Shown: in pieces, positions 1-7,110 of the stretch
How the letters are laid out: each line of letters opens with the position of its first letter
Position numbering within the stretch: position 1 is the stretch's first letter
Assembly: GCA_044356295.1 (NCBI GenBank)
Contig: JBIKWN010000047.1
Coordinates: forward strand, 1 to 19,825
Direction of reading: 5' to 3'
Origin: Bdellovibrionota bacterium
GTDB lineage: Bacteria; Bdellovibrionota_C; UBA2361; JBIKWN01
DNA length: 19,825 nt
Translations under genes and position numbers: made by a program
Notes under the pieces: generated by a model
Seen by the model: only the letters and a program-made list of their open reading frames with translations
The model's database searches: none
What the model was told of the DNA's origin: nothing

Positions 1-420
1 AGAGGATAAAAATACTGCGCTACATAAATAAAAAAACCTTTTATGATCATTAGCCAACGACAAAGAAATCTTCCAGAAAAATAACAACCACAGACAAATT
101 CCACTGACTAAGAAACAAGAATAAAGAAAATGCGCCACGAAAATATTTTTTCCCGAAAGGAAGTAAAGTATCGCCGTGAGATAATAGTAGAGTGGCCCCA
201 AATGGCGCCCTCCTGTATGTGATGGTGCACCAAGAAGAGGTAAGTGCCCTGATAAACTATGGTCAGCTACTGCAAAAGTCAGCCCAGCATCGGAAGTAAT
301 AGCAATTTGTGAAGGTGTAAAGTTATAAAAAATACTGAAAAGAAAAAGGGCTGCACTCACTATGAATAATAATTGGTATCGATTGCCGTGATGGGGGAGT
401 TTTTTATTGAGATGTTTCAC
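1..420 (-). CDS. Partial (5' end; runs off the left edge) membrane-bound GT-C fold glycosyltransferase, ArnT/PMT (GT39/GT83)-like
   Basis: Not in the ORF track; translated by hand from GTG at 420-418 and open to position 1: MKHLNKKLPHHGNRYQLLFIVSAALFLFSIFYNF...SDAG...GHLPLLGAPSHTGGRHLGPLYYYLTAILYFLSG...LVSGICLWLLFFW. A first TM helix, an Asp in the first loop and a PLLG..S..G..LGPLYYYL motif followed by more TM helices are typical of ArnT/PMT-like proteins. Start codon uncertain (frame open up to 492). Confidence 0.7.
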   Translation of the reverse strand, partial: MKHLNKKLPHHGNRYQLLFIVSAALFLFSIFYNFTPSQIAITSDAGLTFAVADHSLSGHLPLLGAPSHTGGRHLGPLYYYLTAILYFLSGKNIFVAHFLYSCFLVSGICLWLLFFWKISLSLANDHKRFFYLCSAVFLSS

Positions 421-460
421 GATAATCCGGAACGCTTTTTTTAAGCTTCTTGCAAATTTG

Positions 461-488
461 ATTGTAATAGCATCAGTAGAGAAGGCAA
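461..488 (-). promoter_or_regulatory. Putative sigma70 promoter for the glycosyltransferase gene
   Basis: Minus strand reads TTGCCT (488-483), 16-nt spacer, TACAAT (466-461), about 40 nt upstream of the GTG at 420. Confidence 0.35.
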
Positions 489-552
489 AGAGTTATAAAA
501 ATACTACTTGCTTAATACGAACTACTTTTAGAAAGACTAGATGTTGCGAGTC

Positions 553-1479
553 TTAAGAAACCAAAGATCCCTTAGGAACAAACACATGAAAAGGTTTTCT
601 AGGATTATTTAACACAACCCATGATCGTGATTGTCTACTATCTGAAACCCAACCTTTAGGTGTCCATATTTGTGTATGACCTGCAGGATTGCCGCTGACT
701 GAATGACCCACTACAACTGTTCCGTAAGGAAGATTGCCTTGCTTGACTTGCTCTGGTGTGATTTTAACTTCTTGTATTAAATCGAAGGCTTGCCATTTAG
801 GAATTGCTCGGCGAGCTGTTGCAGCTGTTATATCGTTACGATTTACGCCGGTAGCTACTGAAACAGCTCTACTTGAATATTCTTGACAACGCCTAATTGA
901 ATTATCAACCCTTCCGCCGGTACCTCTTATCGCTTGTTTTGCAATTGCCAGACCCATGTCGCATTGCTGGTAACTAAAATCATTAGTGAATATTGTAGCC
1001 AGCCCTTTTTGTTGTCGTGCAAGAACAAGGCTTGCGGGTGACAGTGAAAAGTTTGGATCATTTTTACGCATCTCTTCAAGTTGAGGCTGTGGGAGCGCTT
1101 TTAGGTCAGGTGAAATCCCTGATTTTCCTTCTCTAATATTAGCAAGTTCATTGAGTGCTTTAGTTTTTTCTAAAAGATCTTTGATTTCACTAATTGAGTC
1201 GGCTGCAATACCATTACCTGTTTTAGTTTTCGCAGATAAATATTTGCTATGTAGCTCATTGATGATCTTATTTCTTTCAGGATCGTCTCTCAGTCCAAGC
1301 TTTGACATTCTTCCTTCAACGGAGCGTTCAAACATATTAATGAACTCTCGGTTTAATGCAGAGACTTCGAAAGGATTATCAAAAATTTGAGGTAAGCGAT
1401 TAATGCGACTTTGACCAAAGTCAGATTCCAGCGGCTCTGGCTGAGAAGGGGTACTAGTTTTTAGCGGATTCGTTATCAT
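553..1479 (-). CDS. Hypothetical protein with C-terminal CHAP/NlpC-P60-like (papain-fold) peptidoglycan hydrolase domain
   Basis: 308-aa ORF. C-terminal motifs RRC198QEYSSRAV ... LPYGTVVVG ... AGH268TQIWTPKGWVSDSRQ match the C..Y...A / G..VV / GH..I.....WVSD..Q pattern of CHAP/Tae-like amidases. The N-terminal ~180 aa are unrecognised; no signal peptide is evident. Confidence 0.6.
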   Translation of the reverse strand: MITNPLKTSTPSQPEPLESDFGQSRINRLPQIFDNPFEVSALNREFINMFERSVEGRMSKLGLRDDPERNKIINELHSKYLSAKTKTGNGIAADSISEIKDLLEKTKALNELANIREGKSGISPDLKALPQPQLEEMRKNDPNFSLSPASLVLARQQKGLATIFTNDFSYQQCDMGLAIAKQAIRGTGGRVDNSIRRCQEYSSRAVSVATGVNRNDITAATARRAIPKWQAFDLIQEVKITPEQVKQGNLPYGTVVVGHSVSGNPAGHTQIWTPKGWVSDSRQSRSWVVLNNPRKPFHVFVPKGSLVS

Positions 1480-1609
1480 GGCTCTACCTAGTTAATCGTA
1501 GTCTGCCTTAAGAACGGTTCTGACTGTTTTAAAAATTTCTTTTAAAACTGAGAATTGAAATTTTTTGCTCTCTAAAGGCAAGTAGATAATATACTTAGTT
1601 AAAATGATG

Positions 1610-1622
1610 TAACTCTTTGAAA
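1610..1622 (-). promoter_or_regulatory. Putative IHF binding site (one mismatch)
   Basis: Minus strand TTTCAAAGAGTTA vs consensus WATCARNNNNTTR, one mismatch, in AT-rich context. Confidence 0.4.
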
Positions 1623-1712
1623 TTATTCAATTTATACTGTAAATAAACAAATGTTCTACAAAGAGCATCTTTCTGTAATAAAAACTCCAATTATATTAAG
1701 TAAATAAATATT

Positions 1713-1725
1713 TAAATCGCTGATT
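1713..1725 (-). promoter_or_regulatory. Putative IHF binding site adjacent to the ihfB promoter
   Basis: Minus strand AATCAGCGATTTA is a perfect match to WATCARNNNNTTR, ending 5 nt before TTGACA at 1731. Confidence 0.55.
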
Positions 1726-1730
1726 TTACT

Positions 1731-1761
1731 TTGACATCTTATAAGGGTGCCGATATATGAT
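1731..1761 (+). promoter_or_regulatory. Putative sigma70 promoter of ihfB
   Basis: Perfect TTGACA at 1731-1736; -10 candidates TATATG (1754-1759, 17-nt spacer) or TATGAT (1756-1761, 19-nt spacer); AT-rich upstream region; AAGGA ribosome site before GTG 1801. Confidence 0.5.
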
Positions 1762-1800
1762 CATTGTAGCGGCTAAACAGTTGTTATTATAAGGATTTGC

Positions 1801-2097
1801 GTGAATAAGTCTGAACTTATAGAAAAAATGGCAGCAAAAACTGGTCTTAACGTTTTTCAAGCAGAAGAAGTGGTTAACTTAATCTACAGAAAAATGCGTG
1901 AAGCGATGGTTTTGGGTGGCAGAATAGAGATTAGAGGCTTTGGAAGCTTTGTCGTAAAAGAATACGAAGCGTATCAGGGTCGAAATCCTAAGACAGGGGC
2001 TAAAATTCCTGTACCACCAAAAAAATTACCTTTCTTTAAAGTTGGAAAAGAACTGAAGGAAAGGATAGATCGTGTCGATGACACTGTTGGTGGCTAG
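1801..2097 (+). CDS. ihfB: Integration host factor beta subunit (HU/IHF family DNA-binding protein)
   Basis: MNKSELIE...RIEIRGFGSF...GRNPKTG...KKLPFFKVGKELKERI; IEIRGFGSF and GKELKER are IHF-beta-type signatures. Confidence 0.88.
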   Translation: MNKSELIEKMAAKTGLNVFQAEEVVNLIYRKMREAMVLGGRIEIRGFGSFVVKEYEAYQGRNPKTGAKIPVPPKKLPFFKVGKELKERIDRVDDTVGG

Positions 2098-2154
2098 GGA
2101 TATTTTGTTATTCCTATAGATTTTTTACATTAAAAATTTTATTGTTTTATTATT

Positions 2155-2529
2155 ATGTCAATTGATTGGTTACTAGATTTAGAGCGTTCTATCGATGGTG
2201 GAAAAACAGTTTATGCTTGTTCTGGCGTTGGCCGGAACCAGTGGGTGATGGGAAAAACTGTTGAAGACCTTATGCCAGCAGCAAAGCGCGCAGCTAACAC
2301 CAAAAAAATACCTATCCAGATCGTTAGAATCATTCCAAAGAATGATGCTATCACTGGTGATATGTACTTGGTGCCAACCAATATTGGCGAGCCTGGTGTT
2401 CGTGGTGAACCATCAATCGAATGGAAACCTATCGAAGCAAAAGAAGCAGCTGAGAACATGAGAGATGTACGAAAAGGTCCATCTCCTTTTTTTGGTATGC
2501 AAGTTGAAACTACTGTTAATCCTGACTAA
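2155..2529 (+). CDS. Hypothetical protein (124 aa)
   Basis: ATG start, co-directional with ihfB, protein-like composition and A/T-ending codon usage like the housekeeping genes; no family recognised. Confidence 0.75.
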   Translation: MSIDWLLDLERSIDGGKTVYACSGVGRNQWVMGKTVEDLMPAAKRAANTKKIPIQIVRIIPKNDAITGDMYLVPTNIGEPGVRGEPSIEWKPIEAKEAAENMRDVRKGPSPFFGMQVETTVNPD

Positions 2530-2571
2530 ATTAAGTCACATTTAACGTTCGGTTTCTTTCACCTAACAAAT

Positions 2572-2614
2572 ACGCCAGAGAGCATGACACAAGTTTAGTC
2601 ATACTCTCTGGCGT
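2572..2614. repeat. 17-bp inverted repeat (hairpin), possible terminator or REP-like unit
   Basis: ACGCCAGAGAGCATGAC (2572-2588) / 9-nt loop / GTCATACTCTCTGGCGT (2598-2614); 16 of 17 complementary; no U-tract on the + strand. Confidence 0.8.
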
Positions 2615-2668
2615 CGTTCATTGACATGTCATATTCTGAAGACGTGTTGTATTTATGAACGGATTCTT

Positions 2669-2932
2669 ATGAGCGGAAGAAAAATCACTGTAAAAAAAAT
2701 AGTATCACAACGTTATCCGGTTGGAATCTTACGTCCTTCAAGCTGGGACGATCGCATTGAAGGAGTTGATACAATTGAATCTACTGACGGCGAGAAAATT
2801 AATTTACAAAGCACTGGGCAGCAATCTGTACCGCAGCCAGGGTGGGTAATACTTGTGGATGAATCTGGTCAAACTTCTGCGAAGTCTTGGACGCTTTTTG
2901 GATTGCCTAAGGGATCTCAGATTGCTGCTTAG
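2669..2932 (+). CDS. Small hypothetical protein (87 aa)
   Basis: The ORF track starts at TTG 2621, but that TTG is part of a TTGACA box and the first 16 codons look non-coding; ATG 2669 (MSGRKITVKK...) preceded by GGA is more likely. No family recognised. Confidence 0.65.
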   Translation: MSGRKITVKKIVSQRYPVGILRPSSWDDRIEGVDTIESTDGEKINLQSTGQQSVPQPGWVILVDESGQTSAKSWTLFGLPKGSQIAA

Positions 2933-2953
2933 GTTGAGAAGGTGTTCATTGTA

Positions 2954-3147
2954 GGTTCACCGCAGCTTATTTGTTTTGTTTTTTACCGCAGAGGTACCCA
3001 GGGTATCGCAGGGTAGTTCTGTGACCATGACCGTAGGCGTGAGCGTGACCTTAAATTGTTTGGGTCACGCTCACGCCTACGCTCATGGTCACGGAGTAGG
3101 AATGACCTAATCAATAAATCCCCAGCCAAAAAAAAAGCTGCGGTTCA
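2954..3147. repeat. Nested inverted-repeat intergenic element (MITE/REP-like or structured RNA)
   Basis: Outer IR ACCGCAGCTT (2959-2968)/AAGCTGCGGT (3135-3144), continued inward by T/A tracts; three ~10-nt CAG(A/G)GGTA-like units at 2985-3015; 33-bp inner stem 3018-3050/3063-3095 (31/33 Watson-Crick); GGTTCA direct repeat at 2954-2959 and 3142-3147. Confidence 0.75.
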
Positions 3148-3155
3148 AACAAACC

Positions 3156-3911
3156 CTAAGCTTGCTCAGGAAATACTAATTGCTGAACAGGTTGTTCACT
3201 AAAAACCTTGGAACAATCAATCTCAAAATCATGATATAAAGGACGCGGAATCAAAGCGTCACAAACATACAGTCGACCAGTGTATTCTTCAGCAGTGAGA
3301 AGCCCAGCAGGTGGAACACCAAGCGTAAGTGTTGCAGAAGCATAAAGTGGTGAGCCTTGTGACTCTCCAGTATCAGTATTCACCGATAGTGGAAAATCAA
3401 CAGCGTAAATAGGAGTGCTCAATTCATTGAGCATTTCGTTAATCTGTTTTCCAAATTGATCAGCAGGTTTCCCCAGATCAGCTAATCCGTGCAAAGAATT
3501 GTGACAGGTGCCAATGATTGTTTCGATTGAATCTTTTTCAGCAATCGAATCCCATACCGTTAATGAAACATTATATCCACCTAAAATATTAAGCTGGGTT
3601 TCAAGTTGAACAGAAGGGGCATCAAGGTTTCCTACATAGATCAGTTCAACTTGAGCACCACTGTTAATAAGGTGCCGAGCAGTGGCAAGACAGATCCAAC
3701 CTGCCAAGGTATCACCGACGATGCACGCAGTCTTTGCGCCTTCAGCAGAAAGCCCAAGGGCATACCTGACAACCATTGCGAAGCTAAAAGCACATGCCTC
3801 GGTTACCTGGAGTGGCGATAAACCGAAAACCTGTTCAGTTTTAGAGCGTAGAGCAGCAATCTGGTCGGTTTGAAGGGTAGGGACAAGAACGCCAGCTTTT
3901 GTTTTAAACAT
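3156..3911 (-). CDS. YjeF N-terminal domain (NAD(P)H-hydrate epimerase NnrE-like) protein, degenerate active site
   Basis: Recognisable YjeF_N pieces: LATARHLINSGAQVEL, PIYAVDFPLSVNTDTG, ASATLTLGVPPAGLL, YTGRLYVCDALIP. GAGGTG (3926-3921) looks like the ribosome site for ATG 3911, so the ORF-track GTG at 3923 is probably not the start. Confidence 0.75.
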   Translation of the reverse strand: MFKTKAGVLVPTLQTDQIAALRSKTEQVFGLSPLQVTEACAFSFAMVVRYALGLSAEGAKTACIVGDTLAGWICLATARHLINSGAQVELIYVGNLDAPSVQLETQLNILGGYNVSLTVWDSIAEKDSIETIIGTCHNSLHGLADLGKPADQFGKQINEMLNELSTPIYAVDFPLSVNTDTGESQGSPLYASATLTLGVPPAGLLTAEEYTGRLYVCDALIPRPLYHDFEIDCSKVFSEQPVQQLVFPEQA

Positions 3912-3967
3912 ATAAAAATTCACCTCGATAGACGAATGATAAAATTTTATGCATCATCTTGAACACT

Positions 3968-4981
3968 ATGAAAAAACAACCTGTTATTGCTATCGCCGGA
4001 GCGACCGGAGTCGTCGGCCAAGAGATGCTCTCTGTCCTTAACGAGGGGTTAGTCCCTTATTCGGATGTTCGACTTTTTGCCTCTAAAGACTCTGTTGGTG
4101 AGTTTTATCAGATATCTGGTGGCGAAGCGGAAGTTCAAGAGCTCAATGAAGGTTCCTTCGAAGGAGTTGATATTGCTCTCTTTGCAACAAGTGGTGAACT
4201 TTCCCAAAAGTTTGTCCCACTTGCCGTTAAAGCTGGCGCGTATGCAATCGATAACTCAAGCCACTTCCGTATGCAGCAAGGGATTCCATTAGTTGTTCCA
4301 GAAGTAAATCCAGAAGCAATTACAAAAGATACAAAAATTATCGCAAATCCTAATTGTTCAACAATTCAACTTGTTCCAATTTTAAATGTAATTCATAAAG
4401 CTGCTGGACTAAAAAGAGTAGTTGTATCTACATATCAATCAGTATCTGGTGCTGGAAAAGCTGCCCTTGATGAATTGTGGAGCCAAACATTAGCAGTTTT
4501 TAATCAGCAAGAGATGCCACAAGAAGCGTTTCAACATCAGATTGCCTTTAACTGTATTCCACAGATCGATGTTCTTCTTGATAACGGTTATACAAAAGAA
4601 GAATTTAAAATTATTAATGAATCAAGAAAGATTCTTTCAATCCCTGAATTAAAAATGACAGCAACTGCGGTTCGTGTTCCTGTTTTTTATGCTCACGCAG
4701 AGTCTGTGAACGTTGAAACCGAACGACAGTTATTTCCGGATGACTTAAATGCGCTGCTCGCCAAAACTGAAGGTATAGAAGTATATCCAAACGCGAGTGA
4801 CTATCCGATGCAAATTACTGTTGGAGGAACGGATCCAATTCATGTAGGCAGAATTAGAAAAGATGAATCGGTAACTCATGGACTCGATTTTTGGGTAGTC
4901 GCAGATAATGTCCGAAAAGGTGCGGCTTTGAATGCAGTTCAAATTGCAAAAATACTTGTTGATAGGTTTGGCAAAGAATAA
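3968..4981 (+). CDS. asd: Aspartate-semialdehyde dehydrogenase
   Basis: IAIAGATGVVGQEM nucleotide-binding motif, IDNSSHFRM, ANPNCST catalytic Cys, STYQSVSGAG, DNVRKGAALNAVQIA; ATG 3968 preferred over TTG 3959. Confidence 0.97.
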   Translation: MKKQPVIAIAGATGVVGQEMLSVLNEGLVPYSDVRLFASKDSVGEFYQISGGEAEVQELNEGSFEGVDIALFATSGELSQKFVPLAVKAGAYAIDNSSHFRMQQGIPLVVPEVNPEAITKDTKIIANPNCSTIQLVPILNVIHKAAGLKRVVVSTYQSVSGAGKAALDELWSQTLAVFNQQEMPQEAFQHQIAFNCIPQIDVLLDNGYTKEEFKIINESRKILSIPELKMTATAVRVPVFYAHAESVNVETERQLFPDDLNALLAKTEGIEVYPNASDYPMQITVGGTDPIHVGRIRKDESVTHGLDFWVVADNVRKGAALNAVQIAKILVDRFGKE

Positions 4982-4983
4982 CT

Positions 4984-5796
4984 TTGAATAAGAATAACTA
5001 TCGTATTGTTATAGAGTATGATGGAAGCCATTTTCATGGGTGGCAAAAGCAATCACAGGTACTCTCTGTGCAAGAAGCACTTGAAATTGCAATTCATCAA
5101 GCACTTCACTCTACGGAAATTTCACCACTGCAAGCATCAGGTCGAACCGATGCTGGAGTTCATGCGAGGGCGCAAGTTGTAAATTTTCGCACCGACCTTG
5201 AGATTAACGAGTATGCATTTACTCATTCCGTAAGTAGTATTCTAAAAAATAAAGTCGCAGTGCTTTCAATAGAAAAAGTTTCGGATGATTTTCATTCTTT
5301 GCTCAGTGCGACCTCTCGCCAATATCAATATTATATACTCAATCGCCCAGCAACTGCGGTTCTTGATTTTGGAAAAGCGTGGCATGTGCCTAAGCCTCTT
5401 AATTTTGATCAGTTAAATATTGATGCAGCCGCATTAATTGGAAAACATGATTTTTCAAGTTTTAGAGGGTCTGGATGTTTAAGTAAAAATCCGGTTAAAA
5501 ATGTATTCGAAAGTTATTGGAAACAAGAAAGTGGCGGGATGCTTGTCTATACGATTCGTGGAAAGGGTTTTTTAAAACAGATGGTCAGAAACATTGTTGG
5601 AACCTTAGTTCGAATAAATCATGGAAAATTAAAGATTAAGTCTATGAACGAAGTCATCGCTGCAAAAGACCGGACAAAGGCAGGGATAACAGCTCCTGCA
5701 TGTGGGCTTTTTCTTGACTATGTTTCGTATGGGGATTGGCACAGTAATTCTGTTATGGAATGCAGGGGTGCACTTTCTGATATGACTAAGAAGTAA
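4984..5796 (+). CDS. truA: tRNA pseudouridine(38-40) synthase
   Basis: IEYDGSHFHGWQKQ, SGRTDAGVHARAQV (catalytic Asp), GKHDFSSFR, GFLKQMVRNIVG, TAPACGLFL; asd-truA adjacency is common. Confidence 0.97.
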   Translation: MNKNNYRIVIEYDGSHFHGWQKQSQVLSVQEALEIAIHQALHSTEISPLQASGRTDAGVHARAQVVNFRTDLEINEYAFTHSVSSILKNKVAVLSIEKVSDDFHSLLSATSRQYQYYILNRPATAVLDFGKAWHVPKPLNFDQLNIDAAALIGKHDFSSFRGSGCLSKNPVKNVFESYWKQESGGMLVYTIRGKGFLKQMVRNIVGTLVRINHGKLKIKSMNEVIAAKDRTKAGITAPACGLFLDYVSYGDWHSNSVMECRGALSDMTKK

Positions 5797-5817
5797 AGTT
5801 CATTTAAAATCCATTCA

Positions 5818-7017
5818 ATGTTTGCTCCTGATCCCAAATATGGAGATGAAAATGAATCTTTTCATTCTCTTTCTGTTGACCCAAAATCCTATGATATTGG
5901 TGGTGCTCTTTTAACCAGTGCCGAGCATCTTACGTCACAGCAAGAATTTGAAATTGGCAAAATGAAGTCTGAAGCTTCATTAGAGTTTTCAAAAGCACTT
6001 TTATCAAATGCATTTGTGCAGGAAGTAATTATTAAATCGCTCCGGTTGGTTCGTGAAGGCACTCTTGCTCACCGAAAAGGTGATTTTCATGTTCGGAAGA
6101 GTAAAGCTAAAAGCTCAGATCAATTTAGTGATTCCGAATTACAAGCTCTCTACTTTAAACTTATAGATGAATCAGTATCTCGAGAAGAAAAAATTTCACT
6201 GTTTTCATCAATCAAACTATCTGAAAAATTTCGATATGAATTAGTAACATTCTGTAAGGAAGATAAAGCAGTAAAAAATGCTCTAACAAGATATAGTCAA
6301 TTGATTGAGTCGTTTATCGTATCAAACTATGGATTGGTTCTATCGATTGCGAGAGGTCACTCCGGTACGAACGAACAGTTGGAAGATAACTTTTCTCGTG
6401 GTGTTATAGGGCTTCATTTGGCAGCTCAAAAATTCGATGCAACCAAAGGGTATCGTTTTAGTACATATGCGACTCATTGGATTCGTAGAGAAATTATTCG
6501 TGGTATTCAGAATGAAGATTCGAGTATTAGGTTGCCTTCATATATTCATGGTTTGTTGTTGCAGATTGAGAAACTCGATCATAGTGCTCGTGTACATTTG
6601 GGGCGGGAATTAAAAGAGGAAGAAATTTTAGAATTAACAGGCGATAAAGCTTTATCTAAATTAAAAATTCGACGCGGTGATTTATACGTATCTTCACTCG
6701 ATGATCCGCTGCCACATAAAGACAATGTGGGCACTAAAACTATCGACTCAATTGCAGATCCTGATGAAGACACGGTCTCTTTGTTACTTGAAGATGAAAA
6801 ACGAAAAGCATTAATCCAATGTATATCCAAGGGATGTCGTACAGATTCACAAAAAAAAGTTCTCTATCTTAAGTATGGTTTACTTAATGGGCAACCAATG
6901 GATACTGATGAAATCGCTGAAAGGCTTAGATGTACACGCAAAGTAATACTACAAATGGAAAGAACAGCTATTAAAAATTGTAAAACATACGCCAAAGAAA
7001 GGGGTATTAAACTCTGA
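5818..7017 (+). CDS. Sigma70-family RNA polymerase sigma factor (RpoD/RpoS/RpoH-like, divergent alternative sigma)
   Basis: Region 1.2-like HLTSQQEFEIG; region 2 SNYGLVLSIAR...GVIGLHLAAQKFDATKGYRFSTYATHWIRR; region 3 SIRLPSYI...SSLDDPL; region 4 VLYLKYGL...DEIAERLRCTR..ILQMERTAIK; no region 1.1. Confidence 0.88.
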   Translation: MFAPDPKYGDENESFHSLSVDPKSYDIGGALLTSAEHLTSQQEFEIGKMKSEASLEFSKALLSNAFVQEVIIKSLRLVREGTLAHRKGDFHVRKSKAKSSDQFSDSELQALYFKLIDESVSREEKISLFSSIKLSEKFRYELVTFCKEDKAVKNALTRYSQLIESFIVSNYGLVLSIARGHSGTNEQLEDNFSRGVIGLHLAAQKFDATKGYRFSTYATHWIRREIIRGIQNEDSSIRLPSYIHGLLLQIEKLDHSARVHLGRELKEEEILELTGDKALSKLKIRRGDLYVSSLDDPLPHKDNVGTKTIDSIADPDEDTVSLLLEDEKRKALIQCISKGCRTDSQKKVLYLKYGLLNGQPMDTDEIAERLRCTRKVILQMERTAIKNCKTYAKERGIKL

Positions 7018-7110
7018 ACAGCTGACCAGTTCGAAAGTCCCTTAGTTTAAAATTTAGGTGTAGAATACCTAACATCAAGTAACTGTTAGCATTCTTGGCA
7101 CCTATCCTTC

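Noticed and set aside
1749..1756. Sigma28-type -10 element GCCGATAT upstream of ihfB
   Set aside because: No TAAA -35 at the required spacing; the region is better explained by TTGACA plus a sigma70 -10.
2954..3147. Calling the nested repeat a retron msr-msd or a CRISPR array
   Set aside because: No reverse transcriptase or cas gene in the window and no repeat-spacer periodicity; the retron resemblance is architectural only, so it is kept as a hypothesis in findings.
2926..3161. GCTTAGG/CCTAAGC inverted match at the two convergent stop codons as element ends
   Set aside because: Only 7 bp and explained by both genes ending in Ala-TAG; likely coincidence.
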